From the NCBI GenBank assembly GCA_000503875.1, contig CP006913.1, forward strand, positions 150,001 to 182,000: 32,000 bases of DNA. The letters run 5' to 3'. A program made the position numbers and the translations under genes. Each line of letters opens with the position of its first letter. The first letter of the stretch is position 1. The notes beneath the pieces were generated by a model that saw only the letters and a program-made list of their open reading frames with translations, ran no database searches and was not told the origin of the DNA. Below are positions 1 through 11,104 of this stretch, in pieces. This stretch comes from Candidatus Saccharimonadota bacterium (GTDB lineage Bacteria; Patescibacteriota; Gracilibacteria; Absconditabacterales; Absconditicoccaceae).

Positions 1-1243
1 TTTAAATGGAATAGAGCACTGTAAAAAGAATAAATCAAATCTTCATATTCTTCAATTATTTGGTTCGGGTGGTGTACATGCTATGGATTCTCACCTCAAA
101 AAAATATTACCATTAATTCCCAAAGATATCAATGTTTATCTACATCTTTTTGCTGATGGAAGGGATTTGGAACCAAAGTCTGCCGCAGCTTATATGCAAG
201 AATTTGAAACATATTTAGAACAATTTCCCAATGTAGTTATTGCTTCTTTGTCAGGGAGATATTACGGAATGGATAGAGATAATAATCGAGAAAGAGTTCA
301 AAAATCATATGATGAAATTATGTTTGGTCAATTACAAACGAATGATTTACCAAGCGAATATATAGCAAAATCTTACGAAAAAGAATTAACAGATGAATTT
401 TTGATTCCCGTAAGTTTTATGGATGGAGAACAAATAGAGGATGGAGACGCTATATTCTTTTTGAATTTCAGGTCAGATAGAGCGAGACAAATGACGCAAG
501 CATTGGTTGCTTCAATGAATCCAGAAAAGACAAAAAATTATATTGATCGTAATTCCAAATTTATGACCAAATCAATTAGAAATATTTATTTGGCTACAAT
601 GACAAAATATTATAAAGAATATGACGGAAATGTTTTTGTAAAGGCATTTGATATCAAAAATACTTTGGGTGAAGTAGTATCTAGTAATGAAAAAAAGCAA
701 CTCCATGTTGCAGAAACAGAAAAGTTTGCCCATGTTACCAAATTTTTTAACGGAGACAAACAAATTGTTTATAATGGAGAAAAAGATATTTTGGTTCCTT
801 CCCATAAAGTAGCTACTTATGATTTAGATCCAGAAATGTCAGCACAAGAAATTTATGATCAACTTATTGAAAATATAAAATCATATGACTTTACCATAGT
901 AAATTTCGCCAATTGAGATATGGTAGGGCACACAGGTATACTTCCAGCAGCAGAGCAAGCAGTTAAAAAATTAGATACAATCACCAAAAATTTAATAGAT
1001 TTCTGTAAAAAAAATACAATCCATCTTTTGATCACTGCGGATCATGGAAATTGTGAAGAAATGTGAACATTAGAAATTCCAAAAACTGCTCATACAACAA
1101 ATTTGGTTCCTTTTTGGTATATTATCAACGGTAAAACTCAAAAAACAAAAGCAACAGGTGGCTTATCTGATATAGCTCCTACAGTACTAAAACTTATGAA
1201 TATTGCTATTCCAAAAGATATGACAGGAAAATCTTTAGCATAA
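1..1243 (+). CDS. gpmI: 2,3-bisphosphoglycerate-independent phosphoglycerate mutase (iPGM), 5' end cut by window edge
   Basis: Frame open from nt 2. Translation has [36 protein letters not shown] and [11 protein letters not shown], all iPGM hallmarks. ORF-track piece 83..916 continues through in-frame TGA at 914-916 and 1064-1066 (read as Gly) to TAA 1241-1243. Confidence 0.9.
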
Positions 1244-1266
1244 TTTTTACTTCTTTCTTATACTAT

Positions 1267-1746
1267 ATGAAAAGAGAAGGGTATATTTCTCGGGATGAAT
1301 ATTTTATGGGAGTAGCTTTATTGTCTTCTTATCGTAGCAAAGATCCAGCAAAGCAAGTAGGTGCTTGTATTGTTAACGACAAAAAAAGAATTATAGGAAT
1401 AGGATATAATTGATTTCCTCAAGGATGCTCAGATGAAGAATATCCACGACACAAAGGAGAAGATTTTTTGGACAATAAACATGCATACGTAGTTCATGCA
1501 GAAGCTAATGCTATCCTAAATAGTAGTGGAAATAATATTTATGGCTCAACAATATATGTTCTTTTATTCCCATGTCATGAATGTGCAAAACTGATTATTC
1601 AATCAGGAATCAAAAAAGTAGTCTATCTTTCTGATGAAAAAGCAGAAAGACACGATACGTTAGCAGCAAAAAGAATGTTTAAAAGTGCTGGCGTTGAAAC
1701 AGAAGGCTTTATACCTACAAATAAAGAACTTATACTTAAATTTTAG
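1267..1746 (+). CDS. deoxycytidylate (dCMP) deaminase, ComEB/CDA zinc-dependent family
   Basis: ATG 1267. Translation [70 protein letters not shown] contains the HAE and PCxxC zinc motifs. One in-frame TGA (1411-1413) sits in the conserved GYNG motif. The ORF track shows only the 3' part, 1468..1746. Confidence 0.85.
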
Positions 1747-1944
1747 ATAGATTTTGTCACAAAGGTCAAGATAGCTCGTATACAATAATAGAGAATATCT
1801 TTTATTCGTTATGGTTTTCCATGAAACATATGGTCCTCACAATAAACAATTATTCAGACGCCATTCCGTTATTTGGAGATTTTGCCGTAGCATGATTTGT
1901 CTATATAAACCCCTCGCAATAAGAGCGCTTATATAAAAAAACAG

Positions 1945-1976
1945 ATGCTACGGAAAGAAAGCCCGTAGCATTTTTA
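1945..1976 (+). terminator. rho-independent terminator / candidate attenuator in the leader of the ABC transporter gene
   Basis: ATGCTACGG (1945-1953), loop AAAGAAAGC, CCGTAGCAT (1963-1971), then a T-run. An extra copy of CCGTAGCAT at 1885-1893 could pair with the 5' arm as an antiterminator. Confidence 0.6.
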
Positions 1977-1999
1977 GTATATACTAAACAGAAAAAATT

Positions 2000-3778
2000 A
2001 TGGAGAAGAAAACACAAGTAAATCCAAAGAGAGTATTGAAGTATTTTCGACAGAAATATATGACAGAAAAGAAATTTTTCTTTCCACTCATTCTCTTGAG
2101 AACGGCATTAACTTTTGTCTGATTGTTGCCAGCAATTTATTTTAAAGAAATAATTAATGCGTTATCTTCTTTTACAGGAGGTGATAAACAGCAAATTTTT
2201 GCCGTAGCGATTGGATTGTTATTAACGATTTTTTGGATTAAGTTAATTAATGTCGCTGTTTACAGAATATCAGATTTTATGATCATCAATATGTCAGTAA
2301 ATATTATGAAAAAAATTTATTTAGAATGTTTCGACTATGTTCATAATCATTCTTTTAGGTTCTTTGCAAATAATTTTACTGGTTCACTTATCAAAAAAAT
2401 CAATAAATTTGTAGGAGCTTACGATAATATAACAGATACGTTGACGTTTGAAGTTAGTCCAATCCTTTTAAATCTGATTTTTATTTTGGTTATTATTGGG
2501 CTCCAAGATCGAAGACTATCATTGGTTATGTTCGTTTGGTTTGTTATTTTTACCCTCATTCAATATTTCTTATATAAATGGAATTATCCATATGAAATAA
2601 GAGCAAATGAACAAGATTCTAAGATTTCATGAGCATTGTCAGATACCATTACCAATAATTTTAATATTAAAGTATTTGGTTCACTTAGAAGAGAATATGC
2701 TACTTTTAAGGGAGAAATCACAACTTGGTCAAAATTACAAAAAGCAAGACGATATAGGGGTATGGTGATCTGGTCAACAACTGGAGTGCTTATGGTATTT
2801 ATAGAATTTATTGTCTTTTATATGGCACTAACATCATGGTCAACAGACCTTATAACGATGGGATTCTTCGTGTTGTTGCAAATGTATTTACTCAAACTAA
2901 TGGACCAATTATGGGTATTGGGAAATATATTTAGACATTTATACAGATGATTTAGTGAATCAGCTGAAATGTTAGAAATCTTAAATGAACAGCATGAAGT
3001 GCAGGATTCTCCAAACGCAAAATCGTTAAAACTTCATCAAGGAGTGATTGTATTCGATAAAGTATCTTTTGCGTATGAAGGGGAATCAGCAGTTTTCTCG
3101 AATCTAAGTTTTAGAATTAAACCAGGTGAAAAAGTAGCCTTCGTTGGAGAATCCTGAGCAGGGAAAACAAGTATCATCAAATTGTTATTCAGATTTTTTG
3201 ATATCCAGGAAGGAAAAATCAGTATAGATGATCAAGATATTAGTACAGTGACACAAGAAAGCTTGAGAAATAATATTTCATTAGTACCTCAAGACCCTAT
3301 CTTATTTCATAGATCAATTAGAGATAATATCTCATATGGAAATCCTCATGCTAGCGAAGAAGAAATCATTGCAGCTGCAAAGATGGCGAGATGTCACGTC
3401 TTCATTTCTAAACTTAATGAAGGGTATAATACGCTTGTAGGAGAAAGAGGAATCAAATTATCTGGTGGAGAGAGACAAAGAGTTGCTATCGCAAGAGCTA
3501 TCTTGGAAAACAAAAGTATCTTAGCCTTGGATGAAGCGACTTCAGCACTCGATTCAGAATCAGAAAAACTTATTCAAGAAGCAATGGATGAAGTAATGAA
3601 AAGTAAAACAGTTATCGTAATTGCACATAGACTGTCGACCGTTATGAAAATGGATAGAATTATCGTCATGGATAAAGGAACTATCGTTGAAGATGGTAGT
3701 CATGGAGAACTTGTTGCAAAGAAAAACGGTATCTACAAAAAACTCCGAGACATCCAAAGTGGAGGATTCGTAGAATAA
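2000..3778 (+). CDS. ABC transporter, fused permease/ATPase (MsbA/multidrug exporter type)
   Basis: Five track ORFs (2123..2632, 2636..2950, 2969..3157, 3182..3778, plus the N-terminus from ATG 2000) share one frame and are joined by TGA codons. Six-TM N-terminal half. Walker A GES-G-AGKTS has its TGA at 3155-3157. Signature LSGGERQR, Walker B ILALDEATSALD, H-loop IAHRL. Confidence 0.9.
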
Positions 3779-3796
3779 GAGAAATTATTAGGAGAA

Positions 3797-3822
3797 GAAA
3801 AAGCTGCGTACGCAGCTTTTTC
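3797..3822. terminator. bidirectional rho-independent terminator between convergent ABC transporter and valS-like genes
   Basis: AAAAAGCTGCG-TACG-CAGCTTTTT: a perfect GC-containing stem flanked by an A-run and a T-run. Confidence 0.8.
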
Positions 3823-3824
3823 TT

Positions 3825-6596
3825 CTAATCTTTCATTTTACATTTACTAATTTCAAAGTTTAATAATTCAATTTCTTGTTTTATTTTGGAGATTTCATCT
3901 TTTTTTTGTTGGATTATACTATTGTCAGCTCCACTTGTATTAAGCTCTTGAACAAGATGTTTCAAATGTTGCATATATTCTTCTTTTTCTTGAAGTTGTT
4001 TTTGTAACAACAAGATGCCAGAAATACTAGGTTTGGACATAGCTTTTATTCCTATGGAAATATCAATAATGTCTTCTTTTTTGTAACCACAAGGGACTTC
4101 TTCATGATGAACAAGGTAAATAACATCTTCTGCATGTAATGTTTTTTTAAATAAGGATTCATTGCTTCTGGCAAATTTTATAAAATCTTGATTGGACCTG
4201 ATAAACAATCATACTACATCATGTTTTTTAAGTCCTAATCAGATTTTCATAGTTGAAAATCTATCTATAATTTCCATAAATAATGAGATAGAATAATTCT
4301 TTTGTATACTTGCAAAAGCTTTCAAAAATCAATTACTATCAATGTTTTTTTCAAATCAGAAAATATTTCATAATTCGTTGGTAAGTATTGGAAGATAAGG
4401 ATGAAGAAAAGATACAATAGTTTCTACAATACATAAACAAATATTACTAGAATGTTCAGATGGCGCAGATTTTATAAGTTCCAAATATTTTGAAGAAAAA
4501 TCTTGATGAATAAAATCAAAAACATTATGTACAAAAGTGCCTATTTGTTTTGGTGATTGTAGTTGTTGATACTCTTCTACAAGCTTAGTTAATTTAGAAA
4601 TAATTCGTCAATCAAAAGCACTAAATGTTGATATATTTTTTTCCAAGTTTTGTTGGATCTTTTTGTAGTTTATTGCCTTTGATCAATCAAAAAATGTTGT
4701 TTTAATATATCTACACGCATTCCAAAATTTGGAAATTGATTGATCCCATTCAGTAAAAATTTGTGAATCATATGTCTTTTCACTATCAGCTAAGGAAAGC
4801 AAACTTACTCTGATACAATCAGGATGATATGATTTTGTGATAGAAAGCTCGGCAACAGGTAAATTATTAGAATCTTTTTCGTTTTTTAGAGAAGGCAAAA
4901 CATGAATAGCTTCCAAAAAAGAATGGCCTAAATTATATTGAGCAAATAAAATATTTTTGATAGCTATTTTTAATGCATCTTGTTTGCTACAAAAAGTAAG
5001 AAGTTGGTTAATATCAGTTTTTTCTGCTTCTTGTAAAAGCATAGCTATTGTTGAAAAGTCATAACTGATGACTTGTTGATATTGCTGGATATCTTTCATA
5101 TCCGGATCAAATTTTTCAAAAGCAAAATGATATTTTTCATGTGCTCATTTTTCTAAACAAAAAGCATCATCTAAAATATCCAAAAGTTGGCTTACATTCT
5201 TTTCTAATGATTTCTCTTTATCAAGATTTTGAATAGCTTTTTCTAATACATCGAATTCTTTTTTTGTTTGAGGATATATTATTCCAATAAGAGAAAATAA
5301 CTGAGTAAACGATACTTGATCATGTGTATCGAAAATCATTGTTATAAATTCTTCTGCAGAAAATGTTGGTGGAAGTAGGTGATTAGAAATACAATGAAGA
5401 ATAAATAATCATAGTGCTAATCCTTGTTTAATTCAAACTGTTTTGTATGCCTCTTGTAATCGATTAGCATCCAAAATAAAAGTTCACTTCGTATTTGATC
5501 GTAAAGGAACAGGTACTCATGTTTTTTGATGAGCAGAAGCAATTCGATAAGAATTATCAATATAATCACGAGTAATTCCTGTTGAAGAAATAATTGCTTG
5601 ATTAAAAAATGATTCTATAGCCTCATCAGGGATTTTTACAAAAAATCCTTTCCAACTACGAAATATAAGATGTTCTTTGCTTTGTTGACAAACAGGTATT
5701 GTTCCTGTAAAGGATTCTGTATTGGTAAGATTTCCTATATCAGATAAGCTTTGTATAATATTAGAAAAAAATTCTTCAACAGATTTTTTTGCAAATAATC
5801 CAGCATTTTCTGTGAAATATCAATCTTTATCAATAGCATATGTATCAATTGGTAAGTTATGATCTTTGGCGATAGCCAATCATAATTTATCATGACCAGG
5901 AGTAACTCTATAAACACCACCATATCTAGTAAAATCAGCTCTTTCATCGATAATAATAGGAATTGTTTTGTTGATAATAGGAATAATGGCTTCTTGTCCT
6001 TTCAATTGTTTTGCCTTTTTATGTTGTGGATGAATAGCTATAGCAACATCCCCAAAAATAGTTTCAGGAGATTCTGTCATAACATCTAAAGAATGGTTTT
6101 TTGTACTAACAAAATATTTAATAGTATAACGATTCTTTTTATTTGAAATATGCTCTACTAGATCAGAAGCAACAGGTGTTTGATGTTTTGGGCTTCGATA
6201 TACAAGAAAACGATCTTCAAAAAGAGTCCCTTTGCGTAAGTGTTCTGCAAAAAATTGTTGAAGCGAAAAAGCAAAAGCAAAATCTTGCGGTATTTGTAAG
6301 CCAGGAATTAAATTAGAAAGTCAGAATTGTTTTAATTGTTTTTTTAAAAAAGAAAGAGAAGTATGGCTTTTTTCCTTGGTATCATGTAATGGATCCGGTA
6401 GGAAAAATCCTCACGAAAGAGGTTCTCCATAACGAATAGTATGAATAGTATCTAGCAAAAATAATCTAAATATTTGTTGGATATCAAAAGCATTTGTATA
6501 TTGCTCGGGAAGAAAAAAGAAAGGATGGTGTTGAGAAGAAAGTGATGAGTAAGAATCTATTTTTGTTTGTTTATATTGTTTTGGAAAATCACTCAT
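3825..6596 (-). CDS. valS: valyl-tRNA synthetase homologue (class I aaRS fold; HIGH and KMSKS signatures not recognisable)
   Basis: All minus-strand track ORFs 3825..4208, 4683..5099, 5145..5339, 5880..6080 and 6411..6596 share one frame. I translated the gaps 4209-4682, 5340-5879 and 6081-6410 and found only TGA, no TAA/TAG. ValRS blocks present: TESPETIFGDVAIAIHPQHKK, GGVYRVTPGHD, DGRIISKL..SSKYLELIK, KFWNACRYI, HPYLPILTNEL, C-terminal coiled coil. ATG at 6596, TAG at 3825-3827. Confidence 0.8.
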
Positions 6597-6654
6597 ACGC
6601 AGAGAAGATTGAAATAAAATGCAGGGATTATTTATTTAAGAAAGAGAGCCTATA

Positions 6655-8259
6655 TCAACTATAAAGAAATATTCCAATAAAAATAAAGAGAAGAAAACTT
6701 TCAACTGGTCCTGTTTGAACTTTTCTAATGTCTTGCATAACCAACGCTTTTCCATCTTTACAAATGGCTTGTACTGCGTAGTATGCATATTTTTCTTGTT
6801 TTGCAGTTTTATTAAATGGATATTCAAATCTGGTTTCATTTACTTCTGCAACTTTTTGCATTTTTGTAATATCTGAAGTTTCTCGTTCAGATCTATAAAT
6901 AATATATTTTTCTACATTTTGAACTTCACTTCGAGTGAGATAATGACGATCTCAGATAGTAGAGTCAGTAACAGTAATTCCTTGTACTGTACATAAGCTT
7001 TCAGATATATCACCAACGGTTGCCTGTATAATATCAGAAGGAGATCCCAAAGCTTCTCAATTAGCATCCAATGGAATAATCTTGAAATAATACGTTTGGC
7101 CTATGGTAAGATCTTCTAGAACGATTTCTTTTTTGGTAACAATTGCTGATTCATTTAAATTATCTTCTTGAGTTCCAAAAGTAACATTGTATTTTATAGG
7201 ATCTGTTCCTTCAACTTCCCATGTAAGTGTTAATTTATTTTTGTAAACAGAATCTCAAAATATTCTGACCTTACCTATTTTTGTTCATTTTTCTACAATC
7301 AATTTGCTGATATTGGTATATTCTTGTTTTTGTCAGGCAACCAAAAGATCAAGTGATACATCTATTTTTCCTTCTGTATCAATCAACATTTCTTTGCTAA
7401 ATATTCCGGCAGAAACAAGGTCCATAGGGGCGGATCTTCAATTGCTCAATTTGATTGTTGCTGAAGTAACAGTATCACTCGTAGAAATTCTAAAAGTAAC
7501 CTTGGTACCAGCTTTTATCGTATTTCCTGGTAATACTTGAATACTATTAAATGTTCCATCAGTAAACGGACTATAGGTGAAAGGGATGATATCAGATTCA
7601 CCCAAAATAACATTGTTGATGTCCAGGATTTTTGCTTGTAAAGAGTTGCTTCATTTTTGAAGACCTGTTAGATAAGCAGTAAACCCACCAACAGAAGAAG
7701 TTATTCCTTGATAAACCAATTGGCTATTGAGATAAATTTCTAAAGGAGAATTTGGTAAATCAGAACTTCCTCAAATAACTTCAAGAACTTCTGTTTTTTC
7801 TGTACTATCTTTGATAGGGGAATTAATTGTTACTTTTTTTATAGAAATATCTGAATTGGTAGAACCAACAAGAACTGTCTTTTCTCATTTGATAGAATCG
7901 TCTGTAATATCAGAAGCGACTACAGTAAATGTACCAGCTTTCTTGATAATAAGTCATTTAGAAAATGTTTTTATTCCTTGATCTTGAGGAACAAAGGTAT
8001 AAAGACCTTCACTAGGCACAACGTAATCAGTAGTATCTAAGCTTCCTTCAACATCAATAAAAACATCTCCTTCATAATCTTTAACAAGATCTCCGTTTGA
8101 CAAAACAGCTTTGATAGTAACATCAACAGGGACATTAAGATCAAAAGAACTTGGTTCTACTTGAATTACAAAAGCTGCTGGTTGTTGTTGTGCAGCCGCA
8201 AATCCTGCAAAGAAAATAAATGAAGCAACAAATATAATGCGTTTAAATATGTTTCACAT
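6655..8259 (-). CDS. secreted surface protein with Ig-like/fibronectin-III-like beta domains and a C-terminal hydrophobic anchor
   Basis: ATG 8259. N-terminus M-G-NIFKRIIFVASFIFFAGFAAAQQQ is a signal peptide. About 11 in-frame TGA. FN3-like block KLTLTWEVEGTDPIKYNVTFGT..LEDLTIGQTYYFKIIPLD. C-terminus VQTGPVESFLLFIFIGIFLYS then stop at 6655. Only the last 68 aa appear in the ORF track. Confidence 0.7.
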
Positions 8260-8286
8260 ACGTACGAAAGTACTAGGTAAAGAGAT

Positions 8287-8784
8287 CTATTTACTATGTT
8301 CTGTAGGTAAAGAAAGATTTCCTATAGAAAGATTCTGTTTGATAGTATCATCAATATAGTATCCTTCTTCAAGTAAAATATCTTGGATTTTACCAACAAA
8401 TGGAATAAGTAACACGCTTTGTTCCGAATCAAACTCGGGACAATCAAGAATGATACTTGTAGTCTCTTGATTTGCATCAAGAATAGTAAACTCACATTGT
8501 CCCGAAAAGGTAGAACCATCCAAATGAATTGACGTATTGTGAGCCAAAATAAGGGTAATAGGCATTTTTTGTATAGATGGAGCAAAGAAGATATCTAAAA
8601 GTCATTCACTTTGCTTGTAAGCAATATCTCGTTTGTTTTTTTGAATCAAAGAAAGTTCACCAGCATTTAGCACGCTAGCCTGAAGAAAATTTGGGTTTTT
8701 AATCAAAAAAATTATTGCCAAAGAAAATAATCCTGCCAACATAAAAATACTAATATTGCGAAAGAATCTTTTAATGATTCTCAT
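8287..8784 (-). CDS. hypothetical membrane-anchored protein (N-terminal signal anchor)
   Basis: Track ORFs 8602..8889 and 8287..8565 are in the same frame, joined by TGA at 8602-8604. Start chosen at ATG 8784 (MRIIKRFFRNISIFMLAGLFSLAIIFLI); an upstream TTG at 8889 is possible. No recognisable family. It lies 27 nt upstream of the surface-protein gene. Confidence 0.5.
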
Positions 8785-8917
8785 TGTCAATAATGAACTA
8801 TAATAAAAACAGAAAAAATATAGGAATATAAAACAAAAAATCAAATCAAAAATTTGACAAAGAGCATATTTTTGAGTATAATTAAGCAAAGAAAATTTTA
8901 ATATGTATTATATTATT

Positions 8918-9415
8918 ATGAAAAAAATATTTGCAGCTTTCTTATTTTGCTTGATCTCTCTAGTAAACTTGAGTGTTTTTGCTGAACAACAAAGTCGATG
9001 ATGATATGGAAATGATCCACTTGAAGTGCTTGATAGAGTTGTTGGAGAAGCAAACAAAGATGTTCAATTTCAGGAAACTGCTTTGGATAATATAACTGAC
9101 AAAGAAGGTAGTTTTCAGGCTCAATATAAAATATCTAATACGCTTGATTACTTGAGAATAAATATAGCACCTTATCTGCAATGGGCAGTATATATTTGAC
9201 TTGTTGTCGCAGTAATTTTGATCGTTTATAATGGATTTTTGATGGTTACTCATACAATCAACAAGGAAGGAGATTTTGGTAAAGTAAAAGCAAGAATTTG
9301 ATATATTGCTGTTGGTGTTTTGTTGCTGACATGATTTTATGCAATCATCAAATTGGTTGTAGGTTTGATAAATTCTATATTTTGATCAGGTCCTTCAGGG
9401 GATACTGGGTTTTAG
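8918..9415 (+). CDS. TrbC/VirB2-type (type IV secretion-like) pilin-family protein, single hairpin
   Basis: ATG 8918. Signal peptide MKKIFAAFLFCLISLVNLSVFA, soluble segment, then two TM helices separated by a short charged loop (..WAVYIGLVVAVILIVYNGFLMVTHTINKEGDFGKVKARIGYIAVGVLLLTGFYAIIKLVVGLI..). Six in-frame TGA. TAG at 9413-9415. The track shows only an antisense ORF here. Confidence 0.65.
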
Positions 9416-9432
9416 GTAATAATAGTATATAA

Positions 9433-10389
9433 ATGATTAAGAAAATAAGTAAAGCAGTAATTATGATGATAACATTGCTAGGTATCGGTATGTGAGCAAT
9501 GCATGCAGTAGCACCATCATTTGATGATAATTTTGCTAATTATCTCACTGATAAAACTCCTGATCAATACGGAAGAGTAGAAACGGTATTTAGTTTTTCA
9601 AATTGTATTGATAGAAATCAAAGTATTATGGAGAATGTAAGAAATCTTTTCTATCCAAGTACTTTCAAAAGTGACAATCAATGTTCTTTAACAACAGGAG
9701 GATTGCTTTGGGATATGCTTAGAGTAATTACTTTTGCATTGATATTTGTCTTTATTGTAGTAGCAGGAATGAAATTTATTATGAATGGAACATCCTGAGA
9801 TGAAGCAAAAAAATGAGCAATGAGTCTTGTCTATATTGCATATGGAGCATTTCTTGTTTTTGGCGCAATTTGGATTTTGTGATACGTCCTCAATATAGAA
9901 AACGTGAAATGATCAACAGATCTCGTAAATAGTGTACAGAATAATTTATTTCTCCAAATTTTAAGTTTTTTCAAAGTATTGGCCTTTTTCCTAGCTATTA
10001 TTATGATGGTAGTATCATGATTTAAGATGATGGCTGCTATGGACAAAGAAGATAAAGTCAAAGCAGGAAAGCAATGAGCAATAAATGTAATTGTCGCATT
10101 GGTGTTTATCAAAATTGTAGATTATATTTTTTATATTGCACAAGCATCTGATTTCGCACAAAAAGCATCAACCTTGGTTTTGGATGTAGCCAAAATTCTT
10201 TGATGGATTCTTGGTATTTCATTTGTATTGGGGCTATTTTACGCAGGATATCAAATGTTCCTCTCTGGTGGAGATGAAAAAGCAATCAAAAAGACACAAT
10301 CAATTCTGATCAATATCGTTATCGTTTCTCTTGTTCTTTTCTTATTCTTACTCTTGGTGTACCAAATTTTCAATGAATTTGTAGGATAA
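9433..10389 (+). CDS. membrane protein made of three tandem TrbC/VirB2-like pilin hairpins
   Basis: ATG 9433, signal/TM MIKKISKAVIMMITLLGIGM. Three successive TM-charged loop-TM modules with loops NGTSGDEAKKG, AAMDKEDKVKAGKQG and LSGGDEKAIKKTQ. About 9 in-frame TGA. TAA at 10387-10389. Track ORF 9499..9798 is its first third. Confidence 0.65.
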
Positions 10390-10452
10390 TTTAATTTGGT
10401 GTATAATAAAAAATTCCCCGTAATCCACGAGGAGTTTTTTTAAATTATTTTT

Positions 10453-11004
10453 TTATTTCATTACTTTTTCCATTATTTTTTTCCAATCAATATTTTTTTC
10501 CAAAAGCTTTAATGCTTGGTCGCGATCGAAGGCGAGGGTTTCTTCTCCTACCTGATCAACGGGAACCTTGATGAGAATTCTTGGAATCTGGAATTTCTGA
10601 GCAACATAGTCGATCGCGAAGCTTTCCATGTCGACAACATAGTTTTCTTCGTTTAATATTTTCTCAAAAACTGGCGTTTCACTACAAAAACAACTGCTTA
10701 CAGGAGCGAGGAGCTGAGGAATTGGCACGATGCTTTCTTTTCCTGTACTGGCATTGACAATACGGGCAACTTGTACTAATTTTTCTTTATTTCAAACATA
10801 GCCACACACTCCTACATTCAAAATGAGATCCGGAATTTCTTCTTTATGACTCAAGAGATAATTTGTTAATGAAAACATCGTTTCGTAATTTCCTATTCCT
10901 GTCGTGAAAAAACTAACTGAAAGTCAAACAATATTCAGATTTTTTATATTATTTTTAATTATTTTCGTTTCTCCTCACGTAGCGGCACATACTAGAATTT
11001 TCAT
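10453..11004 (-). CDS. PNP/UDP-1 family nucleosidase (MTA/SAH-nucleosidase or futalosine-hydrolase-like)
   Basis: ATG 11004: MKILVCAAT-G-GETKII...FTTGIGNYE..LILNVGVCGYV..VVDMESFAIDYVAQKFQIPRILIKVPVD, the typical nucleoside phosphorylase superfamily pattern. Three in-frame TGA upstream of track ORF 10453..10728. Confidence 0.6.
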
Positions 11005-11104
11005 AGATAATACGTTGAATAGGTAAATACCCTTATATATCTATTTAAAGTTGCAATTTCAAGTTAACTGCTTATATTCTAAAAAATATTTTACTTCATA
11101 TTTA

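Noticed and set aside
8785-8889. N-terminal extension of gene 8287..8784 from the TTG at 8889 (MLNYTQKYALCQIFDLIFCFIFLYFF...)
   Set aside because: It would begin 29 nt from the divergent pilin gene start and consume the whole promoter region. The internal ATG 8784 gives a normal signal anchor. It is retained only as an alternative start.
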